Assembly (NCBI GenBank): GCA_016932615.1
Contig: JAFGCN010000009.1
Span: forward strand, 146,167-210,166
Source of the DNA: Candidatus Aenigmatarchaeota archaeon
Lineage (GTDB): Archaea > Aenigmatarchaeota > Aenigmatarchaeia > QMZS01
Direction of reading: 5' to 3'
Length of the DNA: 64,000 bases
Positions within the stretch are counted from its first letter, which is position 1. Each line of letters opens with the position of its first letter. Below the pieces are notes generated by a model, which was given only the letters and a program-made list of their open reading frames with translations, ran no database searches and was not told the origin of the DNA. This document shows positions 1 to 9,898 of the stretch, piece after piece. The position numbers and the translations under genes are program-made.

Positions 1-3000
1 ATTATGCAGAGATAAATACGACAATACTCTACAAGGCGAACATAGATGCCTTAAAGTTCAACTGGAACGGGACAAACTATACGATTTATGATGAAGACCT
101 GATCTTGGGGCTTAACTTCAACAATGTTTCTGAAATTGGAGAGAATGACTCCTTAGCGGTGGATGTTTCTCACTACCGAAACGACGGCACGATTTACGGC
201 GCAAACTACACAGAAGGGAAGTACAATCTGGGATTGCAGTTTGACGGAACGGGTGACTATGTTGATTGCGGGAATGATTCGAGTCTTGGTCCTACAGGGA
301 ATCTAACCTTAATGTCGTGGTTATATCTTTCAAGTTTGCCTTCGGACTACAAAGGGATTATAGAGGGACAGCAGCCATATTATCGCTATTTATTGTACAT
401 CAGCGCATCGAACCGGCCAGAAATATTTGTCCAAACTGATGCAGGTGCCTATTACACTGATGAGGTGGGACATACAGAAACTCTGAATTTGGGTTGGAAT
501 CATATTGTTGGGGTCTACAATGGTACCGACTTAGCAGTATATCTGAATGGTGGGTTGTCCTATAATCGTTCTGCTTCAGGAAGCATACTGGCGGATGGTG
601 GGGGTCTAAGGATTGGGCGGTATGATGCTACAGGACATTTTTTCAACGGAACAATCGACGAAGTCCGCATATACAACCGCTCCCTCAACTCAAGCGAAAT
701 CTGGCTCCTCTACCAGTCCGAGCTTGCAAAGTACGAGCCCGACAAGTACAGGTTTTACGCAAACCTTACTGACCTTGTAAACGGGACTTACACATATTAC
801 GCCTGGGGAAACGACACTGCTGGAAACCAGGATTTCACTGATGGGGCGATGTACCGGACGCTTTATGTTGGCGCGGTTTCAAAATTTTCCGTTTACCTCA
901 ACGCCCCTGCAAACGACACGAACACCAGCAACAATATGCCGGACTTCAACTTCACAGTCAATGGGTCCAAACTGACCTATTCCTGTACTCTTTTCGTGAA
1001 CGAAAGCAGCTATGGAATGAATGCCTCAGTCCAGAACAACACCCCCACAATTATCACCGCAGATGACTTCCTTCCTGACGGGCTTCTTGAGTGGTATATC
1101 AACTGTACCTCTGCAGGTATTGTCAACCTTAGTGAAATAAGGCAAATCACCGTTGACAATACCACCCCGGTGACCACAGCGAGTGCAGTAAATAACGACT
1201 CAACACCTTACACTTTCAACACTTGGACAAGCTCGAACTACGTGAATGTTACGCTTAACTGCAATGACGGAAGCGGCTTTGGGTGTGACACGACGATGTT
1301 CTGCACTGATACGACGAATACCTGCACGCCTGTCTGGCTTTACGGTTCGTGGAGCTACCGGACGCCGATATCGATATCCAACACAGCGGAGAATCTGACG
1401 GATTATCAGGTCAGGATTGACCTGAACTCGTCGAATGTAGGTTTGGGGTTCAATTGGACGGAGGACATGAACGCGACAAGGTTCACTTATTATAATTCGA
1501 CATCCGGCACCGAAACCGAATGCTCCTACTGGATAGAATCCTGGAACGCAACAACCCAGAATGCAACTATCTGGGTCAAGGTGCCGTTCCTTGAGAAAGA
1601 CACGAGCACGACAGTATATATGTATTACAACAATAGCGGCGTGAGTACAACAAGCAGTGCGGATAGTACCTTCCTCCTGTTTGATGATTTTAACGACGCC
1701 AGTCTCGACACGGACAAGTGGCAGTCTTATTCTTGCGGTGCAGGTTCGGTATCTGAAACTGGAGGTTATCTGCGACTGGTCCAGGGAGGAAGCAATAGTG
1801 CCCGTCCATACCTGAGATCAAAGAATGAGATTTCTTATGATGACCTTATAATCGAGTATAAAGGTATGCTTGAGGATGGAGATGGATCCAATGCCGGCCA
1901 GGTGGGGTCTTTGTTGCATTGGGACGGGTTGGGGGGAGGAACGTATTGCGTTCCAAACAATGGCTTTAGAATTTATATGGATGAGGCAATAACCACGTTC
2001 CGAATGTCAAGAGATATCGGCGCATCTGAAACGGATCTGGACTATTATGGGTATTATGCGAATACCTCATGGCATGATTATTCGTTTTCCTACTTTGACG
2101 ATGATTTGGAGGGCAAAATTGATGGGTCGAGTTTGATAACTGCGTCAGACAGCACCTCTTTTAGCAACCGTTATGTCGGCTTTTTAGGTAGAGAGGCACA
2201 ATCAAGTTCAAGGATAGATGATGTCCGTGTCCGCAAATACGCCTCACCCGAACCATCATCCTCAGTCGGCTCGGAGGAGTCTCCGTCCAATATCCATATA
2301 AGTGACGAAGGCGTCTCATATATACGATTCCGCTCAAACGACACTTTGGGAAATGTCGAGTCGATAAAAAACGAAACCATAAGGATAGACACCATTGCGC
2401 CTGTCCTGAACTTCACTGACCCAACAGAGGACAACGCGACAATAATCAACCGAAACTGGACAGAGGCAAATATCTCAATCGAAGAGCCAAACCCCGACAA
2501 TTTCGTGTTTAACTGGAACGGCACCAACCACACGTTTGACGCCGATGCAGGAAATGGATCAATTACCTATTCCGGCGACAATGAAGACCTTGTCCTGGCA
2601 TTGAACTTCAACGAGGGCACAGGAAACACGACAGAGGACTTCTCAAATTACGGCAACAACGGGACTTTCAAGGGTACTGGAGAGCCTGCCTGGACGACGG
2701 ATGGGAGGTTCGGTTCGGCTTTGAAGTTTGATGGTGTGGATGATTATGTTGTCGTCGGTGAGGATAAACTCGATAATTCCTCTCAAGGGACTGCTGAAGC
2801 ATGGATTAAATTGGAGGGTTTGACTGCCGCAAGTTATAAAATTCTGGGTTACGGGGGGGACGCAGATAATTCGGGTGTTTTTGGTTTGGAGATAAGGAAT
2901 ACTGGCGGCAATTGTTATTTCGGTTTTGTCGATCGGGAGGGTCCGGCCACCGATTTGGATATAACTCGTGGCAGTACGGTTCTAACAACGGAGGTATGGT

Positions 3001-5327
3001 ATCATGTCGTTTGGTGGTCGAACGGAACTGTCTGGAGGTTATATGTGAACGGAAAAGAAGAGACGTTAACTGATATAAATGGCGATGGTAAGAATGACGG
3101 TGATTGGTTTGCCGACGTGAATACTGTCGGTTCGCCGTCTTATACCTCAATAGGTGCCGTATTTTGGGACAGGGCCTGGCTGGATTTTATTAACGGCACA
3201 ATCGACGACGTCAGAATCTACAATCGTTCCTTAACCGCAGAGGAAATAATGCTCCACTACGAATCCTCATTACAGAAATACTCTGACACTCAATGGCAGT
3301 TCTACTCAAACATAACAGGATTAACCGAGGGCACCTACACTTACTATGGCTGGGCGAATGACACTCTGGGAAGCGGAGCTTACACAATCAACTACACCGA
3401 GACAAGCCCAAGATACCTTTATGTTGATATGACTGCCCCAACTCTGCTCCTTCTAACCCTAAACGACACCTCACCCGTAGCAGCAGGAAACGTAACCTTC
3501 ACACTTGACTTCTCCGAAGCCATGAACGAGACTGTAAACCCGACAGTGAAGATAAAGAACTCAAGCGAATATACGATAACCGCCCTCGGCTGGTTTAACT
3601 CCACAAGATGGGTTGGCTGGTACAACTTCACTACAGGGACAGGTGACGGAAACTACACAATCAACGTCACCGCAGCAGAAGACCTGGCAGGAAACACGAT
3701 GGAGGAAGACACTAGCAACTCTTTCATTCTGGACACCACCGCCCCGACAGTCCAAATCGTTTCGCCAGAAAACACAACTTACGGAATAACTTCAGTCGAC
3801 CTCAACTACACGGCAACCGATTCCGGCTCTGGAATTTCCGCCTGCTGGTACTCGCTTGATGGAGAAGCCAACCAAACCTTAACCGACTGCGCAAACACAA
3901 CTCTTTCCGACCTCTCGGATGGCGAGCATAACCTAACCGTATGGGCAAACGACACTGCAGGAAACCTGGGCTTTGACACAGTATACTTCAATGTCTCTAC
4001 CCTGGACCTTTACCTTTCGAAGTCTTTTGTGCCCGACCTTCTGGTATCTTATGAAGTGGAAAACCTGAATGTCACAACTACCCTGAAAATCAACAAATCC
4101 TCAACTGAGGTAAGCTTCTTCAACTTCACCGATGAAGTGCCTTGGGACTTCTCGCTTGACCAGTCGTCAATACGCCTTGTCCTGAAAAAGTACAGCCCAT
4201 ACTCTGAAACTAACGTGACGGAAAACGTGACGATAGATATAATTGACCTGCCGGGCGAAAACAACACCCGGATTGAGATAAACTGCTCGAACACAAGCGC
4301 ATGTTTTGGCTCGTACCTCTCAGAAAACGACTCTCTTGTCCTGACTTACCTAATGAACTCCTCAGCGCTTGAGCCAGACTCCTCGCGCTCGACGATAACA
4401 ACTGGAAACATCAGCAGTCCGGACGGAAGCCACGCAAACAGGACGCTTAACACCACCATCACCTGTGCGGAAGTGGTTCTCAGGGGATATAAGGACCTCA
4501 CCGTAGACCTGGCAAACCCACAGAACATCTCTGCAAGAATTGTCGTGACTTCCATTGGCGGGACCGTAGGGAACATTCTGTTTTCGGATTACCTTCCAGA
4601 GGGCTCGACAATCTACGACCTGCAGGTTTACTGGTACAATGGCACTTACAATGCTCTCACTGAAAGCGACGACTACAATGTCACCGTTGATAGCGTGACT
4701 CTACCAGGCAATTACGATGGGGAGGTTTATATCTACAACTTCACGGTGGCAGGGGTTACCTGGCCGGGGCAGCTTGGAAACAACGAGTCAATAATTATCA
4801 ACTACTCGTTCTGGGTGCTTGGAGGCGGGCAGTGGGACCTTCCGACAATAATCTCCGCCTATGACCCCATCTACAACAGGACTGTCAAGACGGAAATGTA
4901 CGCAAACGCAAATGTGCCTTCATTTGACGTAATCCTGGAGATACTTACAAAGAAAGTCGAGCCGGGAGAGCTTGCAAAGGGGCTTCTTCGGATAATAAAT
5001 GTGGGCGGGCCAAGGGCCAAGGTAGATGTCTATTCGAATTACGCAATAAAGACCTTTGAGGGGAGGACAATAAACGAGAAAAGCGAGACTCTTGCCGTCG
5101 TGGAGCAGAAGGAAAAGCTCCTTGAGCTGGAAGTGCCGGAAAGCACGGAGTCAGGAAAGTATGTCTTCGAAAGCTACGTTTCCTATGTCGGAAGGGAGGC
5201 GCTATCAACTGAAACTTTTGAAGTCATAGGCGAGGAAAAGCCGGGATTCCTTAAGGAATATGGGCTTTACATCCTTATCGGGCTTCTGGTCGCCATAAAC
5301 CTTGTCGTGCTTATGAGGAAGAAATAA
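1..5327 (+). CDS. Giant N-glycosylated surface protein, 5'-partial. Two LamG/concanavalin-A-like jelly-roll modules, Big/PKD-like repeats, and a C-terminal TM anchor (LYILIGLLVAINLVVLMRKK).
   Basis: The reading frame is open from nt 3 to the window edge with no stop. The listed start at 105 is TTG. The upstream peptide FNWNGTNYTIYDEDLILGLNFN repeats the internal module FNWNGTNHTF...DEDLVLALNFNEGTGN, and the LamG-type motifs (G..FDGVDDYV ... DDVRIYNRSL) occur twice. N-x-S/T density is very high. Confidence 0.7.
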   Translation, partial: YAEINTTILYKANIDALKFNWNGTNYTIYDEDLILGLNFNNVSEIGENDSLAVDVSHYRNDGTIYGANYTEGKYNLGLQFDGTGDYVDCGNDSSLGPTGNLTLMSWLYLSSLPSDYKGIIEGQQPYYRYLLYISASNRPEIFVQTDAGAYYTDEVGHTETLNLGWNHIVGVYNGTDLAVYLNGGLSYNRSASGSILADGGGLRIGRYDATGHFFNGTIDEVRIYNRSLNSSEIWLLYQSELAKYEPDKYRFYANLTDLVNGTYTYYAWGNDTAGNQDFTDGAMYRTLYVGAVSKFSVYLNAPANDTNTSNNMPDFNFTVNGSKLTYSCTLFVNESSYGMNASVQNNTPTIITADDFLPDGLLEWYINCTSAGIVNLSEIRQITVDNTTPVTTASAVNNDSTPYTFNTWTSSNYVNVTLNCNDGSGFGCDTTMFCTDTTNTCTPVWLYGSWSYRTPISISNTAENLTDYQVRIDLNSSNVGLGFNWTEDMNATRFTYYNSTSGTETECSYWIESWNATTQNATIWVKVPFLEKDTSTTVYMYYNNSGVSTTSSADSTFLLFDDFNDASLDTDKWQSYSCGAGSVSETGGYLRLVQGGSNSARPYLRSKNEISYDDLIIEYKGMLEDGDGSNAGQVGSLLHWDGLGGGTYCVPNNGFRIYMDEAITTFRMSRDIGASETDLDYYGYYANTSWHDYSFSYFDDDLEGKIDGSSLITASDSTSFSNRYVGFLGREAQSSSRIDDVRVRKYASPEPSSSVGSEESPSNIHISDEGVSYIRFRSNDTLGNVESIKNETIRIDTIAPVLNFTDPTEDNATIINRNWTEANISIEEPNPDNFVFNWNGTNHTFDADAGNGSITYSGDNEDLVLALNFNEGTGNTTEDFSNYGNNGTFKGTGEPAWTTDGRFGSALKFDGVDDYVVVGEDKLDNSSQGTAEAWIKLEGLTAASYKILGYGGDADNSGVFGLEIRNTGGNCYFGFVDREGPATDLDITRGSTVLTTEVWYHVVWWSNGTVWRLYVNGKEETLTDINGDGKNDGDWFADVNTVGSPSYTSIGAVFWDRAWLDFINGTIDDVRIYNRSLTAEEIMLHYESSLQKYSDTQWQFYSNITGLTEGTYTYYGWANDTLGSGAYTINYTETSPRYLYVDMTAPTLLLLTLNDTSPVAAGNVTFTLDFSEAMNETVNPTVKIKNSSEYTITALGWFNSTRWVGWYNFTTGTGDGNYTINVTAAEDLAGNTMEEDTSNSFILDTTAPTVQIVSPENTTYGITSVDLNYTATDSGSGISACWYSLDGEANQTLTDCANTTLSDLSDGEHNLTVWANDTAGNLGFDTVYFNVSTLDLYLSKSFVPDLLVSYEVENLNVTTTLKINKSSTEVSFFNFTDEVPWDFSLDQSSIRLVLKKYSPYSETNVTENVTIDIIDLPGENNTRIEINCSNTSACFGSYLSENDSLVLTYLMNSSALEPDSSRSTITTGNISSPDGSHANRTLNTTITCAEVVLRGYKDLTVDLANPQNISARIVVTSIGGTVGNILFSDYLPEGSTIYDLQVYWYNGTYNALTESDDYNVTVDSVTLPGNYDGEVYIYNFTVAGVTWPGQLGNNESIIINYSFWVLGGGQWDLPTIISAYDPIYNRTVKTEMYANANVPSFDVILEILTKKVEPGELAKGLLRIINVGGPRAKVDVYSNYAIKTFEGRTINEKSETLAVVEQKEKLLELEVPESTESGKYVFESYVSYVGREALSTETFEVIGEEKPGFLKEYGLYILIGLLVAINLVVLMRKK

Positions 5328-5873
5328 ATGGGCGCGCACACTTTCCAGGGGGTTTTTGTAAGGGCGTTTTCGGCATTTTTGCTTTTTACAATTGTCTGCG
5401 CACAGGCCGCCTTCGCGGAAAGTATCTGCGCGCTAGAGCTTTCAAAGGAATCCTATCTTGAAGGAGACGACCTGGCCGCGATTCTCACCATAGACACGGA
5501 AAATGCAGAAAATGAATCCTCCTACTTTTTAAGCTACCGCATAGAGAAGGGGGGCGCAAAAAGCCCAATTTTCCAGAAAAGCCAGACTCTTTCAATCAAG
5601 GGCGAGCGGACGATTGTCATCGAGCAAAAGCTTGGCTTAGACTACCCGTCAGGGAAGTATTTCTTTATCGCTGACGTCAAGGGTCCGGACGGTGAAGCAA
5701 CCCTTGAAAAAAGCTTTTCTATTGGAAAAGAGGGAAACAGCACACCCCTGGTTGCCATAGCTTTAGCCCTTTTGGCAGTTCTCACCGTTATTGCCTATTT
5801 AAAATCCAGAAAACCACCCACATTATCACAAGAGGCGCAAGAGGGCTTGGCACAAGGGAATATATATAAGTAG
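5328..5873 (+). CDS. Small secreted or membrane-anchored protein with an N-terminal signal peptide and a C-terminal TM.
   Basis: The ATG overlaps the stop of the upstream giant gene (aaATGg). The N-terminal hydrophobic stretch ends in AQAAFA, and there is a C-terminal TM (LVAIALALLAVLTVIAYL). Confidence 0.5.
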   Translation: MGAHTFQGVFVRAFSAFLLFTIVCAQAAFAESICALELSKESYLEGDDLAAILTIDTENAENESSYFLSYRIEKGGAKSPIFQKSQTLSIKGERTIVIEQKLGLDYPSGKYFFIADVKGPDGEATLEKSFSIGKEGNSTPLVAIALALLAVLTVIAYLKSRKPPTLSQEAQEGLAQGNIYK

Positions 5874-5885
5874 AGTAGTTGTATT

Positions 5886-8800
5886 ATGGAGCAAAGACTC
5901 ATACTCTCTTTTGCCATTCTGTTGTCATTAGCTCTTATTCTGCCACCGGCACTTGCATTTGTTGGCCCCGTTTCTTACCTTACCGAGACGGTTTATGCAG
6001 ATTACTACGCGAATGGCACCGCTTCGTCTGACACATTTGCGCAGTGCAATGATAATGTAAACCCCTGTAAGTTCGGGTTTGTCGAAGTGGCGCTTCCTAA
6101 CGCTAATGACACGCTCCAGACCGTCAGGGTGACTCTTTCAGGCACGACAGGGACAAACCTTGCGCAGGCAAGAGGATATCAGGGAACCGTCACTTCATAT
6201 CCGACAATCTGGGGCAAGACCAAGATCTATGTAAATGATACCGTTTTCGGGGCAGACCAAAATTATTACAAGATTACTGACGGCGACCTTGCGCCTGCAA
6301 TAGTGCTGAATGTTACAAGCTACACGAATGACCGTGGCGGGTATGACTTTTATGATTATGACAATATCGGTCCCGGTGGGTCGAACAATACGATGAACTT
6401 CACGATTACTGCCTACAACCCTTCAACATCCACGGGGCTTGATGCAGTCACTATACTGATTCTGTTTGACACGGACACGAATGGCGGCGCTGATTCCCTG
6501 AACATTACCTCTGCCACGCCGGGAACTGTCCAGGATTCTGACAGCGACGGGTACAATGATCGCATAAACTGGACGGGCACAATTGCTGCATCAGGCACAC
6601 AGCAGTTTAATATCTCTGCAACGCTTATCGAAACAGTAAATATTGCAAATGGGGTCACAAACCTCACGCTTGACTACAACAACTCCCAAAAGGGGCTTAA
6701 GGCAATTTATAATAAGACTTCTGCCCTTACGGGCATAACAATAACCGCAGCTACTGCCCGGGGCTCCATCCGGCAGGGAATCGACATGGCCGAAAGAAGC
6801 GGCGGAGGCATATGGGATGCAAGGGGCTTTATCCACGTGCTGTCTTCGAACTCAAGCCAGGTGGGTGCAGGGACGATGCTCACATATAACATTTCCGATT
6901 GGCAGATTTACAATGTAAGTGTTACCACGGGTAACATGGACAATCTCCTCCAGAGCGGAACCTACACCCCTGCAAACTTTACTGCTAATTACGGGCGGCT
7001 TTATACCGATTCTGCTACGTTTTCCAGCAATAACTCTCGTGTCCAGATTGATGGAAATAAGCCGTACCTTGCCTCGTCATTTAACTGGAGTGTTTACTGG
7101 AATGATACTTACAAGTACTATGTTTCATACATAAACACGACTCTTGACCTTCCCACGCTTTACAAGGTCGACCAGATTCCTTCCCTTAGCTTGGGGGGAT
7201 ACCTGCTTGTGGGCTCTGCGACAACTGTCAATGTCACCTACATAAGCGAGTATCAGGGTGACATGGAAGCGACAATAAAGAACATGACTATCTTAAGCGT
7301 TGTGCCCAGGAACACGACACTGGGTGCGCAGAGAACCCCTCTTAACATCACGAACACCACAATTGTCGTTTCCTGGTGGAACACGACTTCCCTTGCCTGG
7401 GAAACAATAAAAACCGGAAATGGGACAAGCGACGGCGTTACCGTTACAATAACCCAGCCAAGCGGAGGGAGCAACGGTCTTGTCCAGGTCACTATTGCAA
7501 ACTTCAGCCAGACCAAGATTAACAAATACCTTGCCCAGGGAGAGAAAATACAGCTCTTCTATGGGGTTGACGATTCTACGGACCTTGAAACGGGAGACTC
7601 CTTCCAGTTTAGCGCAAACTCGACCATTACCTCCCTAAGCGGTACACCTGAGACAGAAGCGCCAAGCCCCCAGACTATAGCAAGCTCCGGCAGGCAACTT
7701 GTCGGTTACAAGGACTTGTTTGTCGCAAATCCTGCTACCCCGACCCTTGTTAACGGAACTTTGGTAGTTCAGGTTTTTGGAGGGGACATATCGAATATAA
7801 AGTTTATTGATTACGTCCCTAACGGAACAAACTTCAGCTGCTCTACAAATGCGATACTTTTCTACAATTCCACAGACGGAAGCACCTGGGCAACCTCTAC
7901 AGACATTTCCGTAAATGATACCGGCTACCTGACGCTTGCCGACGGCACGGTAGTCAGGTCCTGCGAGTACACAAGCGCAAATGGCCTTGGCTGGACCCTT
8001 GGAAGCAGCAAGGCGGTTAGGGTCATGTACCAGGTAAACATCACAAGCCCTGGGCTTTATGAGGTTCCAATGGGAATCGCTGGTTTCGACCCTGCCACAG
8101 GGCAAGGCATAAGCACTACCGTCTACGGTGTAGTGAGGATAAGCGTCCCTGAACCGGAAGTTCCGCCGATTATCACAGAGGGTGGCTTTTTGGTGGCCAA
8201 ATCAGTCCAGGTCGGAAACCCCGTTGTCTGGGTGAAGAGCTTTGAAGTGTTCAGTCCCAACTCCAAGTTTGTTGATGCTGAATTCTCAACTGAGGTCTTT
8301 GAGGACACCACTGCAGGTTATGTTTCCTATATTGACGAAATGGGTCAGGAAAAGAAAGAGGAGGTGGCTTTTGTCACAAAGGACGGAAAGCGCCAGATGG
8401 TCTGGTCAACAAAACTCTACCCTCAAGAGACAAGGAACTATGACCTGAGGATACTTACCCCTCCGGTTCTTGAAACTGACAGGGATATTGAGGTTCTTGG
8501 GGTTATTGAGGAGAAAATGGTTGAGCTAAGGATGTCTGTCTTCATGAGGAGCATGGCGCAGGAAGAGTACACCGATGTTCAGCTTAACCTGCCAATTTCC
8601 GCTTCAAGTGTCCTGAGCATAACTGATGGTGAAGGAAACCCTATTTCTTACACCGGTGACAGCACGATAAAGGCAATTATCCCTTCCTTTGGCCCTCAGG
8701 CCATAAAGGAATTGGTTATCCGTTACAAGCAGTCCTACCCAAAAATCATTGTAACTCCTAACCGGGACAGGTATGACCCCAACTCCATAGTCAGCCTAGA

Positions 8801-9194
8801 TATACTCGTCATTCATGGTGGCGAGGAAGTAAACTACCCTTACCTTGAAACAGAGGTTTACACTCCTGACCGGGATACAGTTTACGCAAACATACAGCAG
8901 CTTGACAAGCTTGAGCCGATAACAAAAACAAGCCTGTCCGAGAGTTTTACCGTGCCTTTAAACGCTCCTGCTGGAAGGTATATTGCAGAGAGCCGGCTTA
9001 GAAGCGACATGGCCACGCTTGCAACCGGCACAGGAAATTTTTATGTCGGGGGAGGCGGAAGCGCTGTGGGGAGCTGGATGGGTTACATTATGCTTCTTTT
9101 GGCGCTGGGCATACTCTACTTTGGCGTTAAGAGGATACGCAGCGAGACCCGCAGGGTCTCAGAGAGTAGCATTCCTGCGAGCCAGAATGCATAG
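5886..9194 (+). CDS. Large surface glycoprotein (paralog family A). Signal peptide, many N-x-S/T sequons, C-terminal TM anchor.
   Basis: Signal peptide MEQRLILSFAILLSLALILPPALA and C-terminal TM MGYIMLLLALGILYFGV. The N-terminal region is alignable with the 20493..23522(-) protein (VSYLTETV...FVEVALPNANDTLQTVRVTLSGTTGTNL...DSDSDGYNDRINW). Confidence 0.65.
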   Translation: MEQRLILSFAILLSLALILPPALAFVGPVSYLTETVYADYYANGTASSDTFAQCNDNVNPCKFGFVEVALPNANDTLQTVRVTLSGTTGTNLAQARGYQGTVTSYPTIWGKTKIYVNDTVFGADQNYYKITDGDLAPAIVLNVTSYTNDRGGYDFYDYDNIGPGGSNNTMNFTITAYNPSTSTGLDAVTILILFDTDTNGGADSLNITSATPGTVQDSDSDGYNDRINWTGTIAASGTQQFNISATLIETVNIANGVTNLTLDYNNSQKGLKAIYNKTSALTGITITAATARGSIRQGIDMAERSGGGIWDARGFIHVLSSNSSQVGAGTMLTYNISDWQIYNVSVTTGNMDNLLQSGTYTPANFTANYGRLYTDSATFSSNNSRVQIDGNKPYLASSFNWSVYWNDTYKYYVSYINTTLDLPTLYKVDQIPSLSLGGYLLVGSATTVNVTYISEYQGDMEATIKNMTILSVVPRNTTLGAQRTPLNITNTTIVVSWWNTTSLAWETIKTGNGTSDGVTVTITQPSGGSNGLVQVTIANFSQTKINKYLAQGEKIQLFYGVDDSTDLETGDSFQFSANSTITSLSGTPETEAPSPQTIASSGRQLVGYKDLFVANPATPTLVNGTLVVQVFGGDISNIKFIDYVPNGTNFSCSTNAILFYNSTDGSTWATSTDISVNDTGYLTLADGTVVRSCEYTSANGLGWTLGSSKAVRVMYQVNITSPGLYEVPMGIAGFDPATGQGISTTVYGVVRISVPEPEVPPIITEGGFLVAKSVQVGNPVVWVKSFEVFSPNSKFVDAEFSTEVFEDTTAGYVSYIDEMGQEKKEEVAFVTKDGKRQMVWSTKLYPQETRNYDLRILTPPVLETDRDIEVLGVIEEKMVELRMSVFMRSMAQEEYTDVQLNLPISASSVLSITDGEGNPISYTGDSTIKAIIPSFGPQAIKELVIRYKQSYPKIIVTPNRDRYDPNSIVSLDILVIHGGEEVNYPYLETEVYTPDRDTVYANIQQLDKLEPITKTSLSESFTVPLNAPAGRYIAESRLRSDMATLATGTGNFYVGGGGSAVGSWMGYIMLLLALGILYFGVKRIRSETRRVSESSIPASQNA

Positions 9195-9230
9195 AATAGT
9201 TTGGCCCAGGGAAAGTGAAATAGTGGTAAG

Positions 9231-9566
9231 ATGATAGATATAACGGGCTACGTGGCTCTTTTTGGGATAGACCTGTTCAATATTGCGCTGAGTAAGCTGG
9301 TCCTCATAATGTGCGTGATTGTCCTTCTGTTTCTTTTCGTCCTTGAAGCGGAATTCCGCCAGATAAGGAAACTTGCAAAAAAGATGGACGATGAGGAGCT
9401 GATACTTTCAAGGGACTTGAGGGAGCTTAGAGACTCGGTTAAGGAGCTTGGGTCATTTATGAGCGAGAACTACGGCATCGAAAAGCCGCTGGGAAATTCC
9501 TCAGAAAAGACAAAATCCGAAGAAGAGCAAAAGCCGCATGAGGATGCGCATAAAGAGGGGTCATGA
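9231..9566 (+). CDS. Small membrane protein with two N-terminal TM segments and a coiled-coil tail. First copy of a tandem paralog pair.
   Basis: Hydrophobic N-terminus, then EFRQIRKLAKKMDDEELILSRDLRELRDSVKEL. The ATGA overlap with the next gene suggests a co-translated pair. Confidence 0.45.
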   Translation: MIDITGYVALFGIDLFNIALSKLVLIMCVIVLLFLFVLEAEFRQIRKLAKKMDDEELILSRDLRELRDSVKELGSFMSENYGIEKPLGNSSEKTKSEEEQKPHEDAHKEGS

Positions 9567-9856
9567 TTATGGAAGACAACACCATAATGGTTTTTTTGGG
9601 GGTAATGTTCTGCACGCTGATATACGGCGCCTACAATGGGCTGGTTGTGCAGTATCCAAATGTTCTCCTCATACTCCTTGGGGCGGTCATAGTGTACCTT
9701 TTCCTCCTCGAAACAGAGCTAAAACAGCTTAAAAAAATCGCATTCAAGATGGATGATGAGGAATCGATGTTCACCAAGTCTGTGGGCGAGCTCAAGGCGG
9801 AAATAGAGTCCCTTAAAGAAACCGCGGTTTCCTCGAAAATGCATTCCAGGCGCTAA
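9563..9856 (+). CDS. Small membrane protein, paralog of 9231..9566.
   Basis: Same architecture and a shared motif (LKQLKKIAFKMDDEESMFTKSVGELKAEIESLKE, compared with RQIRKLAKKMDDEELILSRDLRELRDSVKEL). Confidence 0.45.
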   Translation: MIMEDNTIMVFLGVMFCTLIYGAYNGLVVQYPNVLLILLGAVIVYLFLLETELKQLKKIAFKMDDEESMFTKSVGELKAEIESLKETAVSSKMHSRR

Positions 9857-9872
9857 GAGCGGGGCTTTTGGC

Positions 9873-9898
9873 GATATAATTAAAAATGCATTTTTATT
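9873..9898 (+). promoter_or_regulatory. TATA-like A/T-rich box (gatataattaaaaatgcatttttatt) immediately upstream of the giant ATPase-fusion gene.
   Basis: The only A/T box in the short gap before the ATG at 9899. Confidence 0.3.

Noticed and set aside
105-107. Start codon of the first gene as given by the ORF track.
   Set aside because: Position 105 is TTG, and the frame is open back to nt 3 with protein-like sequence that repeats an internal module. The gene is therefore truncated by the window, not started here.
2171-5208. Numerous 60-150-aa minus-strand ORFs inside the giant + strand genes. The same pattern occurs inside 5886..9194, 9899..18835, 20493..23522 and 39557..45565.
   Set aside because: They are antisense frames of long, clearly coding genes, and the absence of stops reflects composition bias. 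None has a motif or start context.
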